Positions 1 through 13,751 are shown, numbered from the stretch's first letter. The stretch is DNA of 64,000 nucleotides from Octopus sinensis (GCF_006345805.1 NC_042999.1:111662001-111726000); one strand, 5' to 3'. A program made the numbers and translations. Notes: a model not told the origin generated them from the sequence alone.

Positions 1-26
1 TACATATCCATAGTGAAAGATAAATG

Positions 27-285
<259 letters not shown>

Positions 286-482
286 ATGTTGAAAGAGAAA
301 TTATAGAGTGGTATAAATTCAATTTTTATTACTTCTAATTCTTACATATCTTTACAATGAAGCAGCATTTCTTTTTTATGACGTACACCCACCAACGCCT
401 CACAATCATTACGACAAAAGCAAGAACAACAACAGCATAACACTGCTCTTGGTATCTCCACCACCAACAACACCATCAAAAT

Positions 483-485
<3 letters not shown>

Positions 486-562
<77 letters not shown>

Positions 563-587
563 TTACTATTACTACTACTACTACTAC

Positions 588-634
<47 letters not shown>

Positions 635-652
635 GTAATAATAATAATAATA
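486..652. repeat. Compound (CTA)n-(TAA)n microsatellite
   Basis: Direct reading; source of the poly-L/I/S pseudo-ORFs. Confidence 0.97.
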
Positions 653-912
653 CGATAATGCCTCAAATGAGTGGCTGCTTCAATCAAGCAAGACCAGTAA
701 ATTTCTCGACCTCGAGTATGGTTGGTTTGAGGATATAAAACAACGTACAAATATCCCAAAATTAGGCAACGCTGCTTTACACATGCAATGCACAAATGAT
801 TTATACAGTTATAACTAATGTATCACATTTCACTGAGATAGTCTCGGCGTATACACAAATGGATAAAGACATAAAATTATAAATACATACATACGTCTGT
901 ATATCTGTGAGA

Positions 913-949
<37 letters not shown>

Positions 950-1149
950 TATATCTATTGGCATATATACTCACACACACGTATATATACATATAAACAT
1001 ATATGTGTATATTTGTATGACTGAATGCACGTATGTGTCACTGGTCATGGATGTGTGTGTGTGTGTGTTTGTGCATATATATGTCTATATGTATATATAC
1101 ATGTGTATGTATATATATATAGAAAAGAGACAGACAGAGAGAGATTCAT

Positions 1150-1235
1150 ACATACATACATACACATACATACATACATACATACATACATACATACATA
1201 CATACATACATACATACATACATACATAGACATAC
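1150..1235. repeat. (TACA)n microsatellite
   Basis: Direct reading. Confidence 0.95.
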
Positions 1236-1505
1236 ATAGACATACACAATTACACGTATTAATATATCTGTAACAAATACACTTTTGAAAAGGTACATAC
1301 GTACACAACATTATTGCAACGCATATACAGAAGAACAGATATGAACGTAATAAAGTATAAGTAGACAGTATGATATAGATATACATTTGAATATGTGGGT
1401 TCCTGCCGGTGTGTTGCCTACGTATATATACATACATTTATACATTAACTTTGCAATAAATATATCAAAGAAATGTGTAAAATCGTATGTATATATATAA
1501 TATAT

Positions 1506-1551
<46 letters not shown>

Positions 1552-2116
1552 ATATATATATAATATATATATATATATATAGTTATGGTATATTCTGTTA
1601 AGAACGTCGTAGAGTACAGTATAAAGCTCGACATCTTCGGATTTCATTCTGTACTACCCAGTAGCAGTATTCTACATACTTCATATATATACTGAGAGAG
1701 AGGAAAGGAGGGAAGGTGAGAGACATCCCCCTTCGTTATGGCAGACTCAGGTTACGGAATTTCGAACATCCGAGAATTCTAAAATATGCGCGCCCACTTC
1801 GCAATATCATCTGTAATTTCTCTTTCCCCGCAAAGACCATACTTCCTAAACAGCAATTTATATATATATACAGCTTTAAGTAACGATTCTGTGAATATTT
1901 TGAAACTTTGATAAAAATTACATTACCCTACCTTTGGTATTCGAGTATTATCTTTTCCACTTTGCTTTGCACTTATGTGCTTACCTGTGTATATGTAAGA
2001 ATGATAATCAGCCAAAATTGCGATGATAATCTGGTGCTTGACTGAAGAAAGAAAACTTCGAATGACCAGTCCTTGTACTCTTTGCATCGTCTATCTGAAT
2101 GTTTTGCGTTCATGTC

Positions 2117-2186
<70 letters not shown>

Positions 2187-3074
2187 TATGTATGCATGCA
2201 TGTATGTGTGTATGTTAGCCTGTGTGCATATATGTATGTGTACGTGCACAAATTTGCGTGCGTAGAGTTTTATGTCTTAAGTCAGATGTTCAAGGGGCGA
2301 AGTGCATATGAACCTGGTAAACCTTCAACTAACTGTAAGCATGACAGTATTTCTTTCATGTCTCTCCCTCGTCTTTTCTTCTCATTTCCATTCTAACAAC
2401 CATTGTAATACGTCAATAATTCTTAGCTCTCACAAAACCATTCTTTCCTTGTGCAATAGTTATACTAAATATTTGTTGGAGATAAGAGTTATTCGCAGCC
2501 GATTTTGGATTTGCCTGCTATACAAAATGTCTGAAAGAAAGTATCAAGAAGCAGTAGTGCAAAAGGAACCTTAAATAGTGTACTAAACCGGATTTAAAAT
2601 GGTTTGATATGGAAGGAAAAAAAACAGTTACCTTCCCACATCATTAAGAGCAATGTGAATCAATGAAAAGAAATTTAAATCAAGTGCTCGGACCTTATTT
2701 TTTCAAAGATATAATGAAGTGCTTAAAAGGGTATGATTTTAGAATGTATGGATCCAGGATCAGACTCGACTTAAAGTGCTGATAAGCACTGATGCAATTT
2801 AAAATTATCATAAGTGTGAATGACGATTTGCAGAAAAATTGATATGATATTTTGAATGAAAATACTTTTCTGGCAATTTAATAATTTACATAAATTTTCA
2901 ACATGCGCAACATAAAAATGACTACTGAATCTTACAGAGCTACATGCAAAAATGAATAAAGCAGTAGGTACACACCAGAGCAAATATACAACATTGATGT
3001 AACATTTTTGGGTGCGTATACCTTGGCAGAATTTGAAGAAGAAAAATCAACACCAGCATTTGAAGATTAAAGAA

Positions 3075-3245
3075 AATGTCGCTTACAGGCACTTCGTCGG
3101 TTACGACGACGAGGGTTCTCAGCCTGCCCTTGAAATTAACGTGCAGTTAGCTGAGCACTCCGCAGACACGCGTACCCTTGACGTAGTTCTCAGGGAGATT
3201 CAGAATGACACTGAATGTGACAATTCCGGCCCTTTGAATTACAAG
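3075..3245 (-). mobile_element. Probable SINE/dispersed-repeat fragment
   Basis: GC-richer block (..ggtacgcgtgtctgcggagtgctcagc..gaaccctcgtcgtcgtaaccgacg..) resembling a repeat tail I recall from octopus; not database-checked. Confidence 0.4.
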
Positions 3246-3282
3246 TTCAACACATTTTTGCCAGCTCACAAGGCTTTGATTG

Positions 3283-3393
3283 GTCCGAGGACACAGTAGA
3301 AGACAATTGCCTGAGGTGCTACGCAGTGGAACAAAACCCGGAACCGCGTGGTTAGAATGAAAGCTTCTTATCACACAGCCATGCCTGCGCCTA
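3283..3393 (-). mobile_element. SINE family B, 5' head fragment
   Basis: Reverse complement matches head of copy at 27282 (aggcgcaggcatggctgtgtg..ggttccgggtt..cactgcgtagcacc). Confidence 0.8.
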
Positions 3394-3419
3394 TAAAGAT
3401 TATAAGACTCACTGATTTT

Positions 3420-3700
3420 CATTTCTAATTTTGGCACCAGCCAACAATTTCGGGAGAGGGAGTTAAGTCGATTCTATGAATTCCATTGTTCAACTGGTGT
3501 TTACTGGCCAGCAATTTCAAGGGAATGTTTATGTCAAGTATATTAATCACAGAGCTCAAGTGTTACTCACTTTATCGACACCAAAAGAACGAAATGCAAA
3601 GTCGACTTCGGTGGTATTTGAACTCAAACCTTAAAGAGCCGGAACAAATGCTTTTATGCATTTCGTTCGGCGTACTTAACGATTCTGCTAGCTCGATACC
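3420..3700 (-). mobile_element. SINE family A, older diverged copy
   Basis: Homology to other family A copies (aagtcgac..tttgaactc, ttaagtcgat). Confidence 0.75.
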
Positions 3701-3932
3701 TATTTCTTTACTACCCACAAGGGGCTAAACACAGAGGGGACAAACAAGGACAGACAAACGGATTAAGTCGATTACATCGACTCCAGTGCGTAACTGGTAC
3801 TTAATTTATCGACCCCGAAAGGATGAAAGGCAAAGTCGACCTCGGCGAAATTTGAACTCAGAACGTAGCGGCAGGCGAAATAAGGCAAAGCATTTCACCC
3901 GGCGTGCTAACGTTTCTGACAGCTCGCCGCCT
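3701..3932 (-). mobile_element. SINE family A (tRNA-derived), young copy with 15-bp TSD
   Basis: Head aaggcggcgagctg..gttctgagttcaaatt (B-box like); flanked by tgctagctcgatacc at 3686-3700 and 3933-3947. Confidence 0.9.
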
Positions 3933-6765
3933 TGCTAGCTCGATACCATATTACTAGAAGTGCCATCAAACAGAGATATAATCAACGACTGTTCACTGTG
4001 ACCATCCTGATTGTATGTGCAACTACGTTTTCTAATGTGACTCTTTATTACTTCATTATTACTAAATTGAGCGATATTTGACTGTTATTTTAAATAGGTC
4101 AAGTGATCTACTTGAAATAACAGTGTGGAGAATAGCGTCCGAAAGCTGCGGTTGGTGATCTTATTTTAGTTTTTAGTCCAAGAATATTACTCATATCCTC
4201 CCACTCCCAATCTTCCATATTATCTGACACTCTGAAATGATATATATAGTGCTATCCGTGATTTATGGATTTGTCCAGGAATTTTTTGCTGCTTTTATTA
4301 CTAGGAAATATTTTCCCCTCTTCTGTTATGGAATTTACTTCAATCATGTTGTTTGATTTTCTCACGGCATTTATTTAACCTTTACATTCTATTCGTAAAA
4401 ACGTAGCCTGCGCGTGCGTGTGTGTGTGTGTGTGCACATGCATGCATATATATGTATTCATATATATTGCTTTGACTTGCCTTGAGACCTTATCTCCTCC
4501 ATGAAGTCGTCGGGGTAATGTAACATATGGTGTATCTAGAGAATTTTTTTAGACCTTGCAGAGCCCATCTTTATCCAGGAGATATCACAGTTAACCTCTT
4601 GAAGGATACAGACAGAAAGAAATATGTGTGGGGAAAGACTATTAATTTTTTAAAATTTATATGAAATTAATACGTTTTATCCAATAATATTAATAATACT
4701 TTTTAAAATATGCTTGTTATATCAAACCTGAATATTAGTATACGGTTATCCAGCATTTCAGCCGATATATCTTCCTTCAACAATCGAATCCTGTATTGCA
4801 ATAACTGATAAAATCGAAGTTGGTTTTAAAATAAAATTAGTTATATGAATAAGTCCATTCTTAACAATGTAAAAATAGGAAACGTACAATCGTTTTTTTT
4901 TTTTGTTTGTTTGTTTGTTTATTTGTTTTTTAGGTGTATTCAGGTTGAATGTGAATACACGTATCGCAAACCAGTTCTTTTACCACTTTCGGGAGAACAA
5001 CACTATAAAACGGAAATAAGTGGAAATTTTACCGGTGAGTGTGTTAAATTATAAGGCACAAAAAGGAAATGACTCTCCCCAGACACAACAGAACACTATA
5101 AAACGTTTTAATAGAAATAATGCATTTATCATAGAAAGAGGAAACATTAACAGTACAAAATAACGTAAATTGTTCTTTAAATAAATCAGTATATGTATCT
5201 TATTGGCATTATAACTCTCTCACAAGCTACAAGAAAAACATAAATAATTCACATCTTTCTAAATCTATAATTTATTGTGCAAACGTAGTTAAAATTGATA
5301 ATTCAGTTCTCAAATATTATATAGTGTTAAATGAAAATGCATGCAAAGCACAATTTAATCAGTATTAGTGTTCTTTCAGAAACCCGGAATGGTCTTTAGA
5401 CACCAGTTTGTCAGTCTCTGAAATATATCAATGTTAAGGGCTATTAAATTGTTTCGAATATATCGCATATATTACAATCCTTATGAGCAGTATAATAGCG
5501 GAGGTGATCTTTGATTTTCATGAAAAATGAATATATTGTTTTATAAGTGCTTCATCATGAACAGCATGAATGGTTGTTATTTTTTGTCATAAATCAAAAT
5601 ATTTCTTACAATATTTTGGATAAGCTAACGGCAGAACACTGAATAGTCGCATAAAAATATTCATGCATGCTCTAAAACAATGTAAAAGTTTTTCTTTAGT
5701 TAACGCAAATAAAAATTCGATATTTTTGTCATCATATATCAAAACGAACTACATGAAAATCTTTTATATTCTCAACGCATTAATTCAGCGTTTTTAAGAT
5801 TAATCCTCTATATGAATACAAAAATGATTTTTCATTTATTACATTGATTACTGAAAAATCGGTAAACGGTATATCTTATACTTTCTGTCAATGTAATTTC
5901 AGATGAAAATAAAATTTATAGGAGTCTGAATTTTTTTATTAAGTTCTTTAGTCAATATATCTGTGTGATGCGTGTTTGTAAGTGTGTGTGTGTAAGTGAG
6001 TATATATATGTATAAATAAACGCAAATGGCGTTTAAAATTTACGACAGCTGTTTCAGTAGAACTTTACTTAATGTAGTCATAAAAGATTACATCATAATA
6101 TACAATGGTGAGTCGGATTTATGGTTATAAGTTGGATTTGATACTTGCATATGTACGGTCGGTTGCCGCATTTGAAGTCAGTAATGTTGTTATATTTTAC
6201 TGTGTGTTCTATGTGACTGTACCTAGCCATTGTCGATGTCCCGTGATTCTTAAGAATCCTCATAACTAGATTATATATATAGTTTACTGTTCCGTTATAA
6301 GTAGGGTCAATAAAAAGTTCTCCATCCAGTGCGATATAAATATAATTTAATGTATACAGTATTTAAATAAGAGCTACTAATAGTTTCATGTATGTGTTAA
6401 TTCATAGTCATTTCATATATTTTATATATTATCGATCTGCATTTGCTTTACGCTTAGTCAGTTATTCTCGTAGACTTTGTATAGCATTGCGTTATCGATG
6501 TATTAAACGTATATTTCCATATATACATATACCTGCATACATATATGTTACACACATATACATACATGGATATATATATGTATATGTGTGTGTGTGTGTA
6601 TGTGTGTGTGTGTGTGTGTGGTGTGTGTGTGTGTGTGTGTGTGTGTAGGTATGTGTATGTCATTATACAGTTTCATTTCAAGATTTCTTGCCAATAAAGA
6701 GGCGGTTTGTAACCCTGACCCAAGGCTCCTTTATTGGAATTTCAACATCAATAACAGGATATTTT

Positions 6766-6769
<4 letters not shown>

Positions 6770-6797
<28 letters not shown>

Positions 6798-6860
6798 TGT
6801 ATGTATGTATGTATGTATGTATGTATGTATGTATGTTTGTATGTATGTATGTACGTATGT
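6770..6860. repeat. (TATG)n microsatellite
   Basis: Direct reading. Confidence 0.95.
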
Positions 6861-7493
6861 ATGAATGTATAAATACAATACATATATATATATATATATA
6901 TATAATAATGTTCGTCCTTCGGGTTCGAAGATGACCATTGACATCATTTGGTGGAATTGCTGCTATGAGACAGGAGGTGGCTGGTGAGGCCAATCCGGGC
7001 AAGAAAGCTCCTCCCACAGGTGGGGCAGAAGTGGGTAGGGGCTGTGCTATTGGTGCAGGTGGCTCTGGCTTTCCGCATCTGGAGTTTCTGTTCTGCTGAC
7101 TGAATCCGTCTCTCCTCGGGTGTCTTTGCTCCTGTGGTGATTGCGCTGCGCCAGGATGAGCGGTCGGCAGCAAGTGTCTCCCAAGTCTCTGTGCCGATGG
7201 AGAAGTCTTTGAGAGAGACTTTGAGACTGTTCTTGAAGCGCTTCTTCTGCCCTCCGACTTTGCGTTTGCCCTGGCTTGAATTCACCGTAGAAGAGCTGTT
7301 TTGGGATGCGAGTGTCGGACATGCGGGAGACGTGGCCTGCCCATCTCAGCTGGGCCTTGCGCATGATCGTGATGGCGCTAGGGAGATCTGCCTGCTTCAG
7401 AACTTCTGTGTCTGGGACTTTGTCCTGCCAGCGGATGTGAAGGAGGTTCCGAAGACACCTGAGGTGGAAGTGGTTTATCTGACGCTCGTGCCT

Positions 7494-9543
7494 TCAGTAA
7501 GAAGTCCACGTCTCGCAGCCGTATAGTAGGGTGGTAAGCACGACTGCCCAGTAGACTTTCAGCTTGGTGTTGAGGCTGATTCCTCTCCGCTCCCAGACTT
7601 TCTTTCGCAGTCTCCCAAACGCGCTGCTTGCCTTGGAGATTCTGTTGATGATTTCAGCATCTATGTTGGCATTGCAGGAGAGAGTGCTGCCCAGGTAGGT
7701 GAAGTTTTCCACCGCTCGTAGGATCCGTCCGTTCACCTTTATCTGAGGCTCATGGTATTGTTTTCCGGGGGCTGGCTGAAATATCACTTCAGTTTTCATG
7801 GCACTGATGGTGAGACCGATGTTGTCACAGGCTGATGAGAACCTGTCCATCCCGAGCTGCATCTCCTGCTCATCGATTGCGTTAAGTGCGCAGTCGTCAG
7901 CAAAGAGAAAGTCTCTGACGACTGTCTCCCTCACCTTTGTGACGACCTGCAATCTTCTGGAGTTGAAAAATTTCCCGTCCGCCCTGTACTTGATGTCGAT
8001 ACCGGACTTGCAGTCCCTGAAGGCGTCGGACAGCATTGCTGAGAACATGATGCTGAACAGTGTTGGGGCCAGGACACAGCCCTGCCTGACTCCGTTGGTC
8101 ACCTGGAAGACTTCAGATGAGTTGCCGTCTTCAAGGACTCTGGCTGTCATTCCGTCGTGGAACTGGCGGACAATTACAATAAATTTTCTGGGGCAACCAA
8201 ATTTTCCCATGACCTTCCAGAGTCCCTCCCGACTGACTGTATCGAAAGCCCTGGTGTGATCAACAAAGGTCATGCAGAGGTCAAGGTGCTGCTCCATGCA
8301 TTTCTCCTGGAGCTGGCGTGCGGCGAATATCATGTCAGTGGTCCCTCGACCCGCGCGGAAGCCACCTCTCAGGGAGAAGGCCTTGCTCCAAGTGTTCCAG
8401 AAGGCGGTCAAGCAGGACTCGGGCCAGGATCTTGCCTGCTATGGACAAGAGGGAGATTCCTCGGTGGTTGTCGCAGGACTGCCGATCTCCTTTCCGCTTA
8501 TAAATGTGGACGATTGTTGCGTCCCGGAAATATTGAGGGAGTTGTTCCCTGTCCCACATCGACTGGAACAGGCTGGTGAGCTGACTGATCATGGTGGGGC
8601 CGCCCGACTTGAACACCTCTGCAGGTATGGCGACAGAGCCTAGAGTTTTTCCTGGGGGATTTTTTTTGATGGCTCTGCTCACTTCCTCGACTGCAGGGGG
8701 AACAGCCAGCTCGTGGTTTGTCGGCACCTGGGGGAGTCGTGCGATGGTTTCCTCGTTGATCTGGGCTGGTCGGTTGAGCACGATGTTGAAATGCTCCGCC
8801 CATCTCTCCAGGATCAGCCTCTTGTTAGACAGGAGTGAGGTTCCATCCGAGCTGAGCAGGGGGGTTGATCCAAAGGAGGAATGCGGTTCATAGACAGCTT
8901 TCAGTGCCTCGTAGAATTTCTTAGTGTCGTGTTTGTCTGCGTATCCCTGAATCTCATCTGCCTTGGCGCTTAACCATGCGTCTTGCATGAGGCGGAGTTT
9001 TGCCTGGACTGTACTGCGAATGTTGTTGAAAGCAGCCTTCTTTGCCGTGCAGGTGGTGTCATTTTGGTGGGACCGCAGCAGACAGCGTTTCTCTTCCAGG
9101 AGCTTTTGGATTTCCTGGTCGTTTTCGTCGAACCAGTCCTGGTGCCTCGTAACTTGGCCTAGAGTTTCAAGGGCGATGGAATGAACCGTGTCCCTGAATG
9201 ATTCCCACTGCTCATCGATGCTGGACTGGTCATTCCGAATGTCCAACAGCTTGCTGTCCATACGTGACTGGAGATCTTGTGCAGTCAGCTGGTTCTTTAA
9301 TTTCGTGATGTTAAGCTTCCTCGTCACTTTCTGACCCTGTGGTCTTCTCTTAGGTTGGATGTAGAAATCCATCCTGGAGATGATGAGGCGATGGTCCGTC
9401 CAGCAATCAGCTCCACACATGGCTTTGACCAGTCTCACGTCCCGCCTGTCTTTCGCCCTGACGATGACGTAATCTATCAGATGCCTGTGTTTGGAGCGTG
9501 GATGCATCCATGATGTCTTGTTGCGTGTTGGCAGATGGAACAA
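7494..9543 (-). pseudogene. RTE linker and reverse transcriptase domain, split by frameshift
   Basis: ORFs 8335..9543 and 7494..8411 with RT motifs, FADD catalytic box. Confidence 0.92.
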
Positions 9544-9591
9544 GGTGTTGGCGATGGTAAGATCATGAGAGGCGCACGCCCGCAGGAGGAG

Positions 9592-10140
9592 CTACCCGTT
9601 GTTGTTGCACTTTCCGATTCCTTGCTTTCCCAGTACGCGATGCCAGGCTTGGTGGTCAGTCCCGACACGGGCATTAAAGTCCCCAAGAATGATGAGCTTC
9701 CCAGGCATGGCTGACGTGATGAGGGAGTCGAGTTCCTTATAGAACCTGTCCTTAACTTCTTCAGGGTTGGTCATGGTGGGGGCGTAAGCGCTGATGGTGG
9801 TCGCACTAATCTTGTTTCCAAGTGGGAGCTGCATCTTCATCAGCTGGTCGTTGATACCCTCGGGGGAGCTTTCCAGTTTCCGCACGTGTACTGACTTGAT
9901 GGCAAAACCAACACCAGCCTCACGACGCTCTTCGCTGCTGCGACCACTCCAAAAGAAAGTGTAACCGCCGCCCGTCTCTGTCAGCTGGCCTTTGTCCGCA
10001 AGGCGGGTCTCACTCAGTGCTGTGATATCGACATTGTATCGGCTCAGTTCTCTGGCCACCAGGGCAGTTCGTCTCTTTGGTCTGTCTGCTTTGGTGTTGT
10101 CAAGCAGAGTTCTCACGTTCCAAGTTGCGAAAGTGAGCAC
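9592..10140 (-). pseudogene. RTE APE endonuclease domain (disrupted ORF part)
   Basis: ORF track translation with APE motifs. Confidence 0.9.
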
Positions 10141-10774
10141 CTTTGTTCGTTTTCATTCTTTGCTTCGACCGCTTGGAAAGGATACCCGCCAGCCGAGGTT
10201 TGCTGACCAGGGTGGGGTGAGGCAGGCTATGTTTAGGGCAACCTTTTCTAGCCCCGTCCTCATGCTGCGGAGGCGAGCAGAGCGATCCTGAAGAGGGCTG
10301 CTCGGTCACTGAGGAGGCTGCCGGACTCCACTGCTGCCTCAGTTCAGTGCGGGGCGACCACATGTCCTGAGCCGCCTGTGTGTGGATTCCCGACTGCAGC
10401 TCCCAGTGTATCCTCACCTGTTACTTCGCCGTTTCCCCATCGCCACAGGACTTGGTGATGTTGGTGTCATGATGTCATGACGTGCACGTGACTTGGATTA
10501 TAGTGAGGGTGACTTGCGCAGGATCGGCCTCACTCTCTCGTCCTGGTGCGCCGGATCCAGTGGCAAGACAAAGTCAAGGCCAGGATGCAGGAGCCGCCGG
10601 AAGGTGGCACGCATGGCGCAATCCAACCGCCTTATGGGCTCCACTCCGGATTTATGTAGGTTTTTGGATGGCCATTGACTCATGAGAGAGTTCCTCTACC
10701 CTTTGACAGGTTTTGTTTTTAGTCCTGCTGGGTGTCCAAATCACCCTCCTCACCAAGAAATGTTGGTGGGGTTG

Positions 10775-10832
10775 CCAGTTTAGTCGCCAACGACGCGACC
10801 ATGTAACAGGTTGTACTGGGTTACATGTTACC
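10775..10832 (-). ncRNA. Candidate HDV-like self-cleaving ribozyme at RTE 5' end (compact, possibly degenerate)
   Basis: Manual fold: P1 AUGUA/UACAU, P2 CCAGU/ACUGG, CC/GG P1.1, P4 UCGC/GCGA, J4/2 CUAA; P3/L3 shorter than canonical. Confidence 0.45.
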
Positions 10833-10853
10833 AGTAGCTCCAAGCGGAGACCT

Positions 10854-10891
<38 letters not shown>

Positions 10892-11784
10892 GGTAGGTAG
10901 GTAGGTAGGTAGGTAGGCAGGCAGGCATGTATGTATCAGCTTCATTTCATCCTGCATTACTTGAGCATTCGTAGATGTAAATTGACGTCGAAATCATAGG
11001 ATACCTGCATGTATACATGCCCATACAGACACACACACACACACGCACACACGCACACACACACACACACAATCACAAGCACAAGCACACATGTATGTAT
11101 ATATATTTATATATACGACAGAACGACAGAAGGAAGAAAATATCTTGAACTTGTATATATGCCATTCTACGCGCGCACGCACACACACACACACACACAT
11201 TACAAACACCAAACTCACCAGACATTCACACACGGGCACTCGCACGCACACTCACATTACCAAACTATTTTTAACGCCTTCTTTCTAGTGCCAGGCCTAT
11301 TTATATAAAATAGTCATCTGCTGATAAATGCCGCCATTTATTCTGTCATCAGTGTAAGATTTACCACTTTCTGTAAGATATATATTGGACAAGAGCGTGA
11401 ATCTTCATGTATAGGAGGTCATTCTTATGTCTTACAGCTGTTGTTATGATACATAATGTCGGTGTTGACAACGAGGTGTGGAACATTGTAGACTGTGTGA
11501 AGTTGTTCCTGTCGTAGAGTAAGAGCAGTGAGACAGACAAAGAGTGGTGCAAGTTCTGATGATGAAGTTGCTAACGGTAGTGGTTGCGGTAATAAAGATA
11601 TAATGGTCATACAATTGTTGTGGTATTTTAGCCCTAGGATAAATGTGATCAAGCAGAGCAAGCCTATAGTCAAAGGCGTTCCAACTGCCACTCGCCTCTC
11701 TTTTAATTATATGCAAGGAACCTAAAAGGAACTTCTTTTCTATTAAAGTGGGGTGTAATTAAAAAGACATTTGATCAGCAGAAG

Positions 11785-11939
11785 AAGTGGCTGTGTGGCA
11801 AAAAGTTTACTTCCGAACTACAAGGTTCTGGTTCAGTCCCACTGCGTGGCATTTTGGACAAATGCCTTCTACTATAGTCCTGAGCAGACCAAAACCATTT
11901 GAACGGATTTGGTTGACGGAAACTGAAAGAAACCTCTCG

Positions 11940-11975
<36 letters not shown>

Positions 11976-12205
11976 CTGGCAGGTAGGTGGATCTCTGTGT
12001 GTGTCTTTTAGTGTTGTTTGTCATTAGCTCTACTTAACAATTACTACTAGTTTGTTTGCGTCCCCGTTGCGTCCCAGTTGAGTAAAAGTAACCGGTAGAA
12101 GAATTACCAGGTTTAAAAAACAAGTACTAGGGTTGATTCGTTCGACTAAAACCCATCAAGGAGGCGCCCCATCACGGATGCAGGTCAATCAATGAAACAA
12201 GTAAG
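11785..12205 (+). mobile_element. SINE family B, diverged full copy
   Basis: gtggctgtgtgg..ggttcagtcccactgcgtgg..gacggaaactgaaagaa..internal microsatellite..aagtactagg. Confidence 0.85.
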
Positions 12206-13751
12206 AAGCAGACCCATAGAAACACCCCATGTTTGGGGAGTTAATGAATAGAAGCAGTTCTTTTTCTTTAACGTCGGGGCAGTTCTGATCGATAAAACCT
12301 GAGCATTCTAACCGTAATCGTCCTATCGTCTTTTCAGTGCTATCTTTTTTCCAGACCTACATGATGCAATGCTTTCCTTTCTGTGACAATATAATGTGAA
12401 ATAATGGGGAGTAATTAATGTAGTTGGTTTGTTGATAATGATATTGTTGGCTTGTCCAGCTTATGCGTACATTCAGCTAGAACAAGCAGCCAAATCTTAC
12501 TCTATCATCGTTTAATGGTTTTTTGTTGTTATTATTTTAATCCCCACCTGCTAGTCGACCATTATCTACGGGTAAAGCATTTCGACCGTCACTAACCCTC
12601 TGCCCCTTATTGCTTTCTAGCTAAACTATAACCTGGGTAATATGCATCCTTCGCTTTCATTAAATAGCAGACTGTAACGTGAAGACATTTTAGCTGCTAT
12701 TTTAGGGAACCAAGTGGACATGTATTCACAACCGTCTTAATCAATCAATTAACACGCAGCCAGGTGCAAATTGCTATCCCACGTTTGCTCGATTCTTTTC
12801 TTTTTCTTTTCTCCCTCGTTATTATTTTCATTATTGTTGTTATCGTTATTATAACTAGGGCTGTTATTATTTTTAACCGTTTTCTCTCTTGCCCCTGACT
12901 CTTTCTACCTTCTTTTTCTCTTTATACTTTTCCTATCTATTTATCACCATCTAACATCATCTTAAAGTGTCTCTCATTCTTAATCTTTTCCCCCGCACAA
13001 ACAGTCGTAAACACATATGCATCCGAAACACAGTTGAGTATAATCACGTATTTATACTTACACATATGCATACTCGCCTACACACTCTCACACGCACTTA
13101 CAGAGAGAGAAACACACAGATAGACGAAGAGATGAGAAAAAGATAGAAAGACACACACATACACTTCACTTGGTCATTCCACCACTAACTGCTTGCCGTC
13201 AAACTAAGAATTTTGGCACTTAGATTGGATCCTTAATTCATTTCTGCGTGTACTGTCTGCGCGTGTGATGTATGTACGTATTTATGAGTATTACCCTGCC
13301 TGCCAAAACTATGAAGTATTACATAGTTAAAGCCGGTACACATAACAAATCTTCTAAAGCTGTCCGCTATTATCACCACAACTGTTTACTCTTCACATTC
13401 TAAAGATGTCCTCTTTCAATCAGATTTATGCATAAATATTTTCTTCTCCTTTCGCCCGTCAAGTTTCAAACCTACGAAATGTTTTATTGTTTGTAAACAT
13501 TTGCTTCCTATCTATGATCCACCTTACTTGAGTAAGGATAACAAGGAGAAAGTTAAAATAATAATGATTTCTTAGATCGGCATAAGGCCACGAGTTTCTA
13601 AATTTATTCAACTGACCACACTCTATGATTGGTGACGATGTTATCGATCCTGGAAGCATAAAGAGCAACCATGATCATTGTAAGGGTTAAGTTTTGAATA
13701 TAAAATGCCGCCTATCCCCAATTTTCTTTTTCATCATCGTCTTCTTCTTGT

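Larger units (their letters stand above)
6904..10856 (-). mobile_element. Near full-length RTE-clade LINE (APE endonuclease + RT + C-terminal zinc finger), frameshifted
   Basis: APE motifs TWNVRTL, LSETR, SAYAPT, GDFNARVG (9592-10140); RT motifs NHRGISLLS, QGCVLAPTLF, LFADD (7494-9543); terminal CPTCGRSF..H..H; ~700-bp 5' UTR; short ATT tail; (TA)n on both flanks. Confidence 0.95.

Noticed and set aside
409-1634. Poly-I/L/S and YI/HT-repeat ORFs here and throughout the window
   Set aside because: They are translations of microsatellites with no domain content
2286-2333. Possible exon (cag/ATGTTCAAGGGG..AACT/gtaagc; FKGRSAYEPGKPSTN, faintly CAP-domain-like)
   Set aside because: Short, weak acceptor, no partner exons found; similarity too vague
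4259-4268. TGATTTATGG Hox/Pbx-type site
   Set aside because: A single 10-mer is expected by chance in 64 kb of AT-rich DNA
11361-11725. Overlapping short ORFs in non-repetitive sequence
   Set aside because: No recognisable motif; the candidate plus-strand exon hits a stop before any donor
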